Shown: in pieces, positions 13,301 to 24,101 of the stretch | Layout of the letters: each line of letters starts with the position of its first letter | Position numbering within the stretch: position 1 is the first letter of the stretch | From: Macrostomum lignano | Lineage: Eukaryota | Assembly: GCA_002269645.1 (NCBI GenBank) | Contig: NIVC01005014.1 | Location: 1-26,132, forward strand | Length of the DNA stretch: 26,132 nucleotides | Direction: 5' to 3' | The notes under the pieces: generated by a model | What the model was told of the DNA's origin: nothing | What the model saw: only the letters and a program-made list of their open reading frames with translations | The model's database searches: none | Translations under genes and position numbers: made by a program

Positions 13301-16300
13301 TCTTGGGGTGAACCATCAGGGCTCGATTCTTGGGTGAACCATCAGGGCTCGATTCTTGGGGTGAACCATCAGGGCTCGATTCTTGGGGTGAACCATCAGG
13401 GCTCGATTCTTGGGGTGAACCATCAGGGCTCGATTCTTGGGGTGAACCATCAGGGCTCGATTCTTGGGGTGAACCATCAGGGCTCGATTCTTGGGGTGAA
13501 CCATCAGGGCTCGATTCTTGGGTGAACCATCAGGGCTCGATTCTTGGGTGAACCATCAGGGCTCGATTCTTGGGGTGAACCATCAGGGCTCGATTCTTGG
13601 GGTGAACCATCAGGGCTCGATTCTTGGGGTGAACCATCAGGGCTCGATTCTTGGGGTGAACCATCAGGGCTCGATTCTTGGGGTGAACCATCAGGGCTCG
13701 ATTCTTGGGTGAACCATCAGGGCTCGATTCTTGGGGTGAACCATCAGGGCTCGATTCTTGGGTGAACCATCAGGGCTCGATTCTTGGGGTGAACCATCAG
13801 GGCTCGATTCTTGGGGTGAACCATCAGGGCTCGATTCTTGGGGTGAACCATCAGGGCTCGATTCTTGGGGTGAACCATCAGGGCTCGATTCTTGGGGTGA
13901 ACCATCAGGGCTCGATTCTTGGGGTGAACCATCAGGGCTCGATTCTTGGGGTGAACCATCAGGGCTCGATTCTTGGGGTGAACCATCAGGGCTCGATTCT
14001 TGGGGTGAACCATCAGGGCTCGATTCTTGGGGTGAACCATCAGGGCTCGATTCTTGGGGTGAACCATCAGGGCTCGATTCTTGGGTGAACCATCAGGGCT
14101 CGATTCTTGGGGTGAACCATCAGGGCTCGATTCTTGGGTGAACCATCAGGGCTCGATTCTTGGGGTGAACCATCAGGGCTCGATTCTTGGGGTGAACCAT
14201 CAGGGCTCGATTCTTGGGTGAACCATCAGGGCTCGATTCTTGGGTGAACCATCAGGGCTCGATTCTTGGGTGAACCATCAGGGCTCGATTCTTGGGTGAA
14301 CCATCAGGGCTCGATTCTTGGGTGAACCATCAGGGCTCGATTCTTGGGTGAACCATCAGGGCTCGATTCTTGGGTGAACCATCAGGGCTCGATTCTTGGG
14401 TGAACCATCAGGGCTCGATTCTTGGGGTGAACCATCAGGGCTCGATTCTTGGGTGAACCATCAGGGCTCGATTCTTGGGGTGAACCATCAGGGCTCGATT
14501 CTTGGGGTGAACCATCAGGGCTCGATTCTTGGGGTGAACCATCAGGGCTCGATTCTTGGGGTGAACCATCAGGGCTCGATTCTTGGGTGAACCATCAGGG
14601 CTCGATTCTTGGGTGAACCATCAGGGCTCGATTCTTGGGGTGAACCATCAGGGCTCGATTCTTGGGGTGAACCATCAGGGCTCGATTCTTGGGGTGAACC
14701 ATCAGGGCTCGATTCTTGGGTGAACCATCAGGGCTCGATTCTTGGGTGAACCATCAGGGCTCGATTCTTGGGGTGAACCATCAGGGCTCGATTCTTGGGG
14801 TGAACCATCAGGGCTCGATTCTTGGGGTGAACCATCAGGGCTCGATTCTTGGGGTGAACCATCAGGGCTCGATTCTTGGGTGAACCATCAGGGCTCGATT
14901 CTTGGGTGAACCATCAGGGCTCGATTCTTGGGGTGAACCATCAGGGCTCGATTCTTGGGTGAACCATCAGGGCTCGATTCTTGGGTGAACCATCAGGGCT
15001 CGATTCTTGGGTGAACCATCAGGGCTCGATTCTTGGGGTGAACCATCAGGGCTCGATTCTTGGGTGAACCATCAGGGCTCGATTCTTGGGTGAACCATCA
15101 GGGCTCGATTCTTGGGGTGAACCATCAGGGCTCGATTCTTGGGGTGAACCATCAGGGCTCGATTCTTGGGGTGAACCATCAGGGCTCGATTCTTGGGTGA
15201 ACCATCAGGGCTCGATTCTTGGGTGAACCATCAGGGCTCGATTCTTGGGTGAACCATCAGGGCTCGATTCTTGGGGTGAACCATCAGGGCTCGATTCTTG
15301 GGTGAACCATCAGGGCTCGATTCTTGGGTGAACCATCAGGGCTCGATTCTTGGGTGAACCATCAGGGCTCGATTCTTGGGTGAACCATCAGGGCTCGATT
15401 CTTGGGGTGAACCATCAGGGCTCGATTCTTGGGGTGAACCATCAGGGCTCGATTCTTGGGGTGAACCATCAGGGCTCGATTCTTGGGGTGAACCATCAGG
15501 GCTCGATTCTTGGGTGAACCATCAGGGCTCGATTCTTGGGTGAACCATCAGGGCTCGATTCTTGGGTGAACCATCAGGGCTCGATTCTTGGGTGAACCAT
15601 CAGGGCTCGATTCTTGGGTGAACCATCAGGGCTCGATTCTTGGGTGAACCATCAGGGCTCGATTCTTGGGGTGAACCATCAGGGCTCGATTCTTGGGTGA
15701 ACCATCAGGGCTCGATTCTTGGGTGAACCATCAGGGCTCGATTCTTGGGGTGAACCATCAGGGCTCGATTCTTGGGGTGAACCATCAGGGCTCGATTCTT
15801 GGGGTGAACCATCAGGGCTCGATTCTTGGGGTGAACCATCAGGGCTCGATTCTTGGGGTGAACCATCAGGGCTCGATTCTTGGGTGAACCATCAGGGCTC
15901 GATTCTTGGGGTGAACCATCAGGGCTCGATTCTTGGGTGAACCATCAGGGCTCGATTCTTGGGGTGAACCATCAGGGCTCGATTCTTGGGTGAACCATCA
16001 GGGCTCGATTCTTGGGGTGAACCATCAGGGCTCGATTCTTGGGGTGAACCATCAGGGCTCGATTCTTGGGTGAACCATCAGGGCTCGATTCTTGGGGTGA
16101 ACCATCAGGGCTCGATTCTTGGGTGAACCATCAGGGCTCGATTCTTGGGGTGAACCATCAGGGCTCGATTCTTGGGGTGAACCATCAGGGCTCGATTCTT
16201 GGGTGAACCATCAGGGCTCGATTCTTGGGGTGAACCATCAGGGCTCGATTCTTGGGGTGAACCATCAGGGCTCGATTCTTGGGTGAACCATCAGGGCTCG

Positions 16301-19300
16301 ATTCTTGGGGTGAACCATCAGGGCTCGATTCTTGGGGTGAACCATCAGGGCTCGATTCTTGGGGTGAACCATCAGGGCTCGATTCTTGGGTGAACCATCA
16401 GGGCTCGATTCTTGGGGTGAACCATCAGGGCTCGATTCTTGGGTGAACCATCAGGGCTCGATTCTTGGGTGAACCATCAGGGCTCGATTCTTGGGTGAAC
16501 CATCAGGGCTCGATTCTTGGGGTGAACCATCAGGGCTCGATTCTTGGGTGAACCATCAGGGCTCGATTCTTGGGTGAACCATCAGGGCTCGATTCTTGGG
16601 TGAACCATCAGGGCTCGATTCTTGGGGTGAACCATCAGGGCTCGATTCTTGGGGTGAACCATCAGGGCTCGATTCTTGGGTGAACCATCAGGGCTCGATT
16701 CTTGGGTGAACCATCAGGGCTCGATTCTTGGGGTGAACCATCAGGGCTCGATTCTTGGGTGAACCATCAGGGCTCGATTCTTGGGGTGAACCATCAGGGC
16801 TCGATTCTTGGGGTGAACCATCAGGGCTCGATTCTTGGGGTGAACCATCAGGGCTCGATTCTTGGGTGAACCATCAGGGCTCGATTCTTGGGGTGAACCA
16901 TCAGGGCTCGATTCTTGGGGTGAACCATCAGGGCTCGATTCTTGGGTGAACCATCAGGGCTCGATTCTTGGGTGAACCATCAGGGCTCGATTCTTGGGTG
17001 AACCATCAGGGCTCGATTCTTGGGTGAACCATCAGGGCTCGATTCTTGGGGTGAACCATCAGGGCTCGATTCTTGGGTGAACCATCAGGGCTCGATTCTT
17101 GGGGTGAACCATCAGGGCTCGATTCTTGGGGTGAACCATCAGGGCTCGATTCTTGGGGTGAACCATCAGGGCTCGATTCTTGGGGTGAACCATCAGGGCT
17201 CGATTCTTGGGTGAACCATCAGGGCTCGATTCTTGGGTGAACCATCAGGGCTCGATTCTTGGGGTGAACCATCAGGGCTCGATTCTTGGGGTGAACCATC
17301 AGGGCTCGATTCTTGGGTGAACCATCAGGGCTCGATTCTTGGGTGAACCATCAGGGCTCGATTCTTGGGGTGAACCATCAGGGCTCGATTCTTGGGTGAA
17401 CCATCAGGGCTCGATTCTTGGGTGAACCATCAGGGCTCGATTCTTGGGTGAACCATCAGGGCTCGATTCTTGGGTGAACCATCAGGGCTCGATTCTTGGG
17501 GTGAACCATCAGGGCTCGATTCTTGGGTGAACCATCAGGGCTCGATTCTTGGGTGAACCATCAGGGCTCGATTCTTGGGTGAACCATCAGGGCTCGATTC
17601 TTGGGGTGAACCATCAGGGCTCGATTCTTGGGTGAACCATCAGGGCTCGATTCTTGGGTGAACCATCAGGGCTCGATTCTTGGGTGAACCATCAGGGCTC
17701 GATTCTTGGGTGAACCATCAGGGCTCGATTCTTGGGGTGAACCATCAGGGCTCGATTCTTGGGTGAACCATCAGGGCTCGATTCTTGGGGTGAACCATCA
17801 GGGCTCGATTCTTGGGTGAACCATCAGGGCTCGATTCTTGGGGTGAACCATCAGGGCTCGATTCTTGGGGTGAACCATCAGGGCTCGATTCTTGGGGTGA
17901 ACCATCAGGGCTCGATTCTTGGGTGAACCATCAGGGCTCGATTCTTGGGGTGAACCATCAGGGCTCGATTCTTGGGTGAACCATCAGGGCTCGATTCTTG
18001 GGGTGAACCATCAGGGCTCGATTCTTGGGGTGAACCATCAGGGCTCGATTCTTGGGGTGAACCATCAGGGCTCGATTCTTGGGGTGAACCATCAGGGCTC
18101 GATTCTTGGGTGAACCATCAGGGCTCGATTCTTGGGGTGAACCATCAGGGCTCGATTCTTGGGGTGAACCATCAGGGCTCGATTCTTGGGTGAACCATCA
18201 GGGCTCGATTCTTGGGTGAACCATCAGGGCTCGATTCTTGGGTGAACCATCAGGGCTCGATTCTTGGGTGAACCATCAGGGCTCGATTCTTGGGTGAACC
18301 ATCAGGGCTCGATTCTTGGGTGAACCATCAGGGCTCGATTCTTGGGTGAACCATCAGGGCTCGATTCTTGGGTGAACCATCAGGGCTCGATTCTTGGGTG
18401 AACCATCAGGGCTCGATTCTTGGGGTGAACCATCAGGGCTCGATTCTTGGGTGAACCATCAGGGCTCGATTCTTGGGTGAACCATCAGGGCTCGATTCTT
18501 GGGTGAACCATCAGGGCTCGATTCTTGGGTGAACCATCAGGGCTCGATTCTTGGGGTGAACCATCAGGGCTCGATTCTTGGGGTGAACCATCAGGGCTCG
18601 ATTCTTGGGTGAACCATCAGGGCTCGATTCTTGGGGTGAACCATCAGGGCTCGATTCTTGGGGTGAACCATCAGGGCTCGATTCTTGGGGTGAACCATCA
18701 GGGCTCGATTCTTGGGTGAACCATCAGGGCTCGATTCTTGGGTGAACCATCAGGGCTCGATTCTTGGGTGAACCATCAGGGCTCGATTCTTGGGTGAACC
18801 ATCAGGGCTCGATTCTTGGGTGAACCATCAGGGCTCGATTCTTGGGGTGAACCATCAGGGCTCGATTCTTGGGTGAACCATCAGGGCTCGATTCTTGGGG
18901 TGAACCATCAGGGCTCGATTCTTGGGTGAACCATCAGGGCTCGATTCTTGGGGTGAACCATCAGGGCTCGATTCTTGGGTGAACCATCAGGGCTCGATTC
19001 TTGGGTGAACCATCAGGGCTCGATTCTTGGGGTGAACCATCAGGGCTCGATTCTTGGGTGAACCATCAGGGCTCGATTCTTGGGGTGAACCATCAGGGCT
19101 CGATTCTTGGGGTGAACCATCAGGGCTCGATTCTTGGGTGAACCATCAGGGCTCGATTCTTGGGGTGAACCATCAGGGCTCGATTCTTGGGTGAACCATC
19201 AGGGCTCGATTCTTGGGGTGAACCATCAGGGCTCGATTCTTGGGTGAACCATCAGGGCTCGATTCTTGGGGTGAACCATCAGGGCTCGATTCTTGGGTGA

Positions 19301-21530
19301 ACCATCAGGGCTCGATTCTTGGGTGAACCATCAGGGCTCGATTCTTGGGGTGAACCATCAGGGCTCGATTCTTGGGGTGAACCATCAGGGCTCGATTCTT
19401 GGGTGAACCATCAGGGCTCGATTCTTGGGTGAACCATCAGGGCTCGATTCTTGGGGTGAACCATCAGGGCTCGATTCTTGGGGTGAACCATCAGGGCTCG
19501 ATTCTTGGGTGAACCATCAGGGCTCGATTCTTGGGGTGAACCATCAGGGCTCGATTCTTGGGGTGAACCATCAGGGCTCGATTCTTGGGTGAACCATCAG
19601 GGCTCGATTCTTGGGGTGAACCATCAGGGCTCGATTCTTGGGTGAACCATCAGGGCTCGATTCTTGGGTGAACCATCAGGGCTCGATTCTTGGGTGAACC
19701 ATCAGGGCTCGATTCTTGGGGTGAACCATCAGGGCTCGATTCTTGGGTGAACCATCAGGGCTCGATTCTTGGGTGAACCATCAGGGCTCGATTCTTGGGT
19801 GAACCATCAGGGCTCGATTCTTGGGTGAACCATCAGGGCTCGATTCTTGGGTGAACCATCAGGGCTCGATTCTTGGGGTGAACCATCAGGGCTCGATTCT
19901 TGGGTGAACCATCAGGGCTCGATTCTTGGGTGAACCATCAGGGCTCGATTCTTGGGTGAACCATCAGGGCTCGATTCTTGGGTGAACCATCAGGGCTCGA
20001 TTCTTGGGTGAACCATCAGGGCTCGATTCTTGGGTGAACCATCAGGGCTCGATTCTTGGGGTGAACCATCAGGGCTCGATTCTTGGGGTGAACCATCAGG
20101 GCTCGATTCTTGGGTGAACCATCAGGGCTCGATTCTTGGGGTGAACCATCAGGGCTCGATTCTTGGGGTGAACCATCAGGGCTCGATTCTTGGGTGAACC
20201 ATCAGGGCTCGATTCTTGGGGTGAACCATCAGGGCTCGATTCTTGGGGTGAACCATCAGGGCTCGATTCTTGGGGTGAACCATCAGGGCTCGATTCTTGG
20301 GGTGAACCATCAGGGCTCGATTCTTGGGGTGAACCATCAGGGCTCGATTCTTGGGGTGAACCATCAGGGCTCGATTCTTGGGGTGAACCATCAGGGCTCG
20401 ATTCTTGGGGTGAACCATCAGGGCTCGATTCTTGGGGTGAACCATCAGGGCTCGATTCTTGGGGTGAACCATCAGGGCTCGATTCTTGGGTGAACCATCA
20501 GGGCTCGATTCTTGGGGTGAACCATCAGGGCTCGATTCTTGGGTGAACCATCAGGGCTCGATTCTTGGGGTGAACCATCAGGGCTCGATTCTTGGGGTGA
20601 ACCATCAGGGCTCGATTCTTGGGTGAACCATCAGGGCTCGATTCTTGGGGTGAACCATCAGGGCTCGATTCTTGGGGTGAACCATCAGGGCTCGATTCTT
20701 GGGTGAACCATCAGGGCTCGATTCTTGGGGTGAACCATCAGGGCTCGATTCTTGGGGTGAACCATCAGGGCTCGATTCTTGGGTGAACCATCAGGGCTCG
20801 ATTCTTGGGTGAACCATCAGGGCTCGATTCTTGGGGTGAACCATCAGGGCTCGATTCTTGGGGTGAACCATCAGGGCTCGATTCTTGGGGTGAACCATCA
20901 GGGCTCGATTCTTGGGGTGAACCATCAGGGCTCGATTCTTGGGTGAACCATCAGGGCTCGATTCTTGGGGTGAACCATCAGGGCTCGATTCTTGGGTGAA
21001 CCATCAGGGCTCGATTCTTGGGTGAACCATCAGGGCTCGATTCTTGGGGTGAACCATCAGGGCTCGATTCTTGGGTGAACCATCAGGGCTCGATTCTTGG
21101 GTGAACCATCAGGGCTCGATTCTTGGGGTGAACCATCAGGGCTCGATTCTTGGGGTGAACCATCAGGGCTCGATTCTTGGGTGAACCATCAGGGCTCGAT
21201 TCTTGGGGTGAACCATCAGGGCTCGATTCTTGGGTGAACCATCAGGGCTCGATTCTTGGGTGAACCATCAGGGCTCGATTCTTGGGGTGAACCATCAGGG
21301 CTCGATTCTTGGGTGAACCATCAGGGCTCGATTCTTGGGTGAACCATCAGGGCTCGATTCTTGGGTGAACCATCAGGGCTCGATTCTTGGGTGAACCATC
21401 AGGGCTCGATTCTTGGGTGAACCATCAGGGCTCGATTCTTGGGTGAACCATCAGGGCTCGATTCTTGGGTGAACCATCAGGGCTCGATTCTTGGGTGAAC
21501 CATCAGGGCTCGATTCTTGGGTGAACCATC
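1..21530. repeat. Tandem array A: 26/27-bp unit GGGTGAACCATCAGGGCTCGATTCTT(G), roughly 800 head-to-tail copies, open at the window start
   Basis: Read directly. Between ~1350 and 21530 the only variation I saw is G3 versus G4 in TTGGG(G)TG, plus one G>A at 1665. Copy number is length divided by ~26.4. Confidence 0.99.
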
Positions 21531-21845
21531 AGGGCCGATTCTTGGGTGAACCATCAGATTGTTGGGTGAGCCATGGGCCGATTCTTGGCGTGACCATCAG
21601 CCGATTCTTGGGTGACCATCAGCCGATTGTTGGCGTGAGCCAGTGCCCGATTGTTGGGTGACCAGTGCCGATTGTTGGCGTGACCCAGCCCGATTCTTGG
21701 GTGAGCCAGTGCCGATTGTTGGCGTGAGCCAGTGCCGATTGTTGGCGTGACCCAGTGCCGATTCTTGGGTGAGCCAGTGCCCGATTGTTGGCGTGAGCCA
21801 GTGCCCGATTGTTGGCGTGACCAGTGCCCGATTCTTTGGGTGAGC
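21531..21845. repeat. A/B hybrid transition zone: mosaic units mixing A-type (GATTCTT, GGGTG, CATCAG) and B-type (GATTGTT, GGCGTG, GAGCCAGTGCC) segments
   Basis: Units such as gattgttgggtgagccatgggccgattcttggcgtgaccatcagccgatt carry diagnostic bases of both families and several small deletions. Confidence 0.9.
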
Positions 21846-23721
21846 CAGTGCCCGATTGTTGGCGTGAGCCAGTGCCCGATTGTTGGCGTGAGCCAGTGCC
21901 CGATTGTTGGGTGAGCCAGTGCCCGATTGTTGGCGTGAGCCAGTGCCCGATTGTTGGCGTGAGCCAGTGCCGATTGTTGGCGTGAGCCAGTGCCCGATTG
22001 TTGGCGTGAGCCAGTGCCCGATTGTTGGCGTGAGCCAGTGCCCGATTGTTGGCGTGAGCCAGTGCCCGATTGTTGGCGTGAGCCAGTGCCCGATTGTTGG
22101 CGTGAGCCAGTGCCCGATTGTTGGCGTGAGCCAGTGCCGATTGTTGGCGTGAGCCAGTGCCCGATTGTTGGCGTGAGCCAGTGCCCGATTGTTGGCGTGA
22201 GCCAGTGCCCGATTGTTGGCGTGAGCCAGTGCCCGATTGTTGGCGTGAGCCAGTGCCCGATTGTTGGCGTGAGCCAGTGCCCGATTGTTGGCGTGAGCCA
22301 GTGCCCGATTGTTGGCGTGAGCCAGTGCCCGATTGTTGGCGTGAGCCAGTGCCCGATTGTTGGCGTGAGCCAGTGCCCGATTGTTGGCGTGAGCCAGTGC
22401 CCGATTGTTGGCGTGAGCCAGTGCCCGATTGTTGGCGTGAGCCAGTGCCCGATTGTTGGCGTGAGCCAGTGCCCGATTGTTGGCGTGAGCCAGTGCCCGA
22501 TTGTTGGCGTGAGCCAGTGCCCGATTGTTGGCGTGAGCCAGTGCCCGATTGTTGGCGTGAGCCAGTGCCCGATTGTTGGCGTGAGCCAGTGCCCGATTGT
22601 TGGGTGAGCCAGTGCCCGATTGTTGGCGTGAGCCAGTGCCCGATTGTTGGCGTGAGCCAGTGCCCGATTGTTGGCGTGAGCCAGTGCCCGATTGTTGGCG
22701 TGAGCCAGTGCCCGATTGTTGGCGTGAGCCAGTGCCCGATTGTTGGCGTGAGCCAGTGCCCGATTGTTGGCGTGAGCCAGTGCCCGATTGTTGGCGTGAG
22801 CCAGTGCCCGATTGTTGGCGTGAGCCAGTGCCCGATTGTTGGCGTGAGCCAGTGCCCGATTGTTGGCGTGAGCCAGTGCCCGATTGTTGGCGTGAGCCAG
22901 TGCCCGATTGTTGGCGTGAGCTAGTGCCCGATTGTTGGCGTGAGCCAGTGCCCGATTGTTGGCGTGAGCTAGTGCCCGATTGTTGGCGTGAGCCAGTGCC
23001 CGATTGTTGGCGTGAGCCAGTGCCCGATTGTTGGCGTGAGCCAGTGCCCGATTGTTGGCGTGAGCCAGTGCCCGATTGTTGGCGTGAGCCAGTGCCCGAT
23101 TGTTGGCGTGAGCCAGTGCCCGATTGTTGGCGTGAGCCAGTGCCCGATTGTTGGCGTGAGCCAGTGCCCGATTGTTGGCGTGAGCCAGTGCCCGATTGTT
23201 GGCGTGAGCCAGTGCCCGATTGTTTGCGTGAGCCAGTGCCCGATTGTTGGCGTGAGCCAGTGCCCGATTGTTGGCGTGAGCCAGTGCCCGATTGTTGGCG
23301 TGAGCCAGTGCCCGATTGTTGGCGTGAGCCAGTGCCCGATTGTTGGCGTGAGCCAGTGCCCGATTGTTGGCGTGAGCCAGTGCCCGATTCTTTGGGTGAG
23401 CCAGTGCCCGATTGTTGGCGTGAGCCAGTGCCCGATTGTTGGCGTGAGCCAGTGCCCGATTGTTGGCGTGAGCCAGTGCCCGATTGTTGGCGTGAGCCAG
23501 TGCCCGATTGTTGGCGTGAGCCAGTGCCCGATTGTTGGCGTGAGCCAGTGCCCGATTTTTGGCGTGAGCCAGTGCCCGATTGTTGGCGTGAGCCAGTGCC
23601 CGATTGTTGGCGTGAGCCAGTGCCCGATTGTTGGCGTGAGCCAGTGCCCGATTGTTGGCGTGAGCCAGTGCCCGATTGTTGGCGTGAGCCAGTGCCCGAT
23701 TTTTGGCGTGAGCCAGTGCCC
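21623..23721. repeat. Tandem array B: 24-bp unit GCGTGAGCCAGTGCCCGATTGTTG, about 87 copies, homologous to array A
   Basis: Read directly. It aligns to the 27-bp A unit at 19/24 positions with a 3-bp gap. Point variants occur at 22922, 22970, 23225, 23390/23393/23395, 23558 and 23702. Confidence 0.99.
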
Positions 23722-23833
23722 CAGCCAGGGCTCTATGATCCGCGGCACTCCGACAATAACAGAATGCGGCAGCGTCGTTATCACCTGCAATAGGTACCAC
23801 GACGATCAGACGTACGACGCTTCGAGTATTTAC
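22604..23833 (-). CDS. Candidate coding exon (frame-intact part only): VNTRSVVRLIVVVPIAGDNDAAAFCYCRSAADHRALAG followed by (ALAHANNR)n; may continue through array A as (ALMVHPKNR)n
   Basis: 410 stop-free codons begin immediately after a TTTTTTAG acceptor-like site. This is the only minus frame open from that site into the array, and 7 of 8 substituted positions in the clean part of B fall on its third codon position. There is no ATG, no homology I recognise and no expression evidence. Confidence 0.35.
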
Positions 23834-24101
23834 CTAAAAAATTGAGCATATCTAACAGTGAGTACTAAGCACATGAGCTGACGAGTGTTTATTTTGCTAA
23901 CGAGCTGGTTTATTGTGCTAAACTTTGCTCGTTGCATTTTGCGCCGTCAGACTACTTGTCTAAAACTCTAGCTGCAAATACATCTGCTTCTGCTCAGCTT
24001 GAGAAGGATTGGAGGCTCAGTGTGAGGCATTTAAAGCTGAGGACTCATCAATACATTGACGCTGGATGAATTGGAACATTAATTAGACGCTCGCGACTTA
24101 C
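23834..24101 (-). other. Candidate 268-bp spliceosomal intron (AAG|GTAAGT ... CAATTTTTTAG|G)
   Basis: Consensus donor at 24101-24096. Pyrimidine tract plus AG ends at 23834, and a branch-like TACTCAC lies at 23864-23858. The acceptor coincides with a visible shift from AT-richer to GC-richer sequence. Confidence 0.35.

Noticed and set aside
13705-20546. A ~6.4-kb segmental duplication suggested by two 127-aa ORFs and similar G4 runs
   Set aside because: Run lengths (11 versus 10) and the flanking 3/4 patterns differ after six units, which is compatible with chance.
469-21000. The many 60-140 aa ORFs in the track as separate genes
   Set aside because: They are by-products of local runs of 27-bp units and use TTG/GTG/ATG codons inside the repeat. 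Their ends track the G3/G4 pattern.
1-21530. Canonical telomerase-made telomere, including a loose resemblance of TTCTTGGGTGAAC to budding-yeast repeats such as Candida albicans TTCTTGGTGTAC
   Set aside because: The G-rich strand points toward the unique DNA rather than outward, the length far exceeds typical yeast telomeres, and the resemblance is short. Kept only as a non-canonical possibility.
1-23721. CRISPR array (26-27 and 24 bp repeats)
   Set aside because: Units are head-to-tail with no spacers, and there are no cas-like ORFs.
21554-23800. The 748-aa ORF as a literal protein
   Set aside because: It drifts through three peptide registers at single-base deletions (22602, 22137, 21970, 21909 and the hybrid zone) and starts at GTG. 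Only the ALAHANNR part is treated as a candidate.
23881-23920. Imperfect 19/21-bp tandem pair ACGAGT-GTTTATTTTGCTA / ACGAGCTGGTTTATTGTGCTA
   Set aside because: Real but only two diverged copies; ordinary local slippage.
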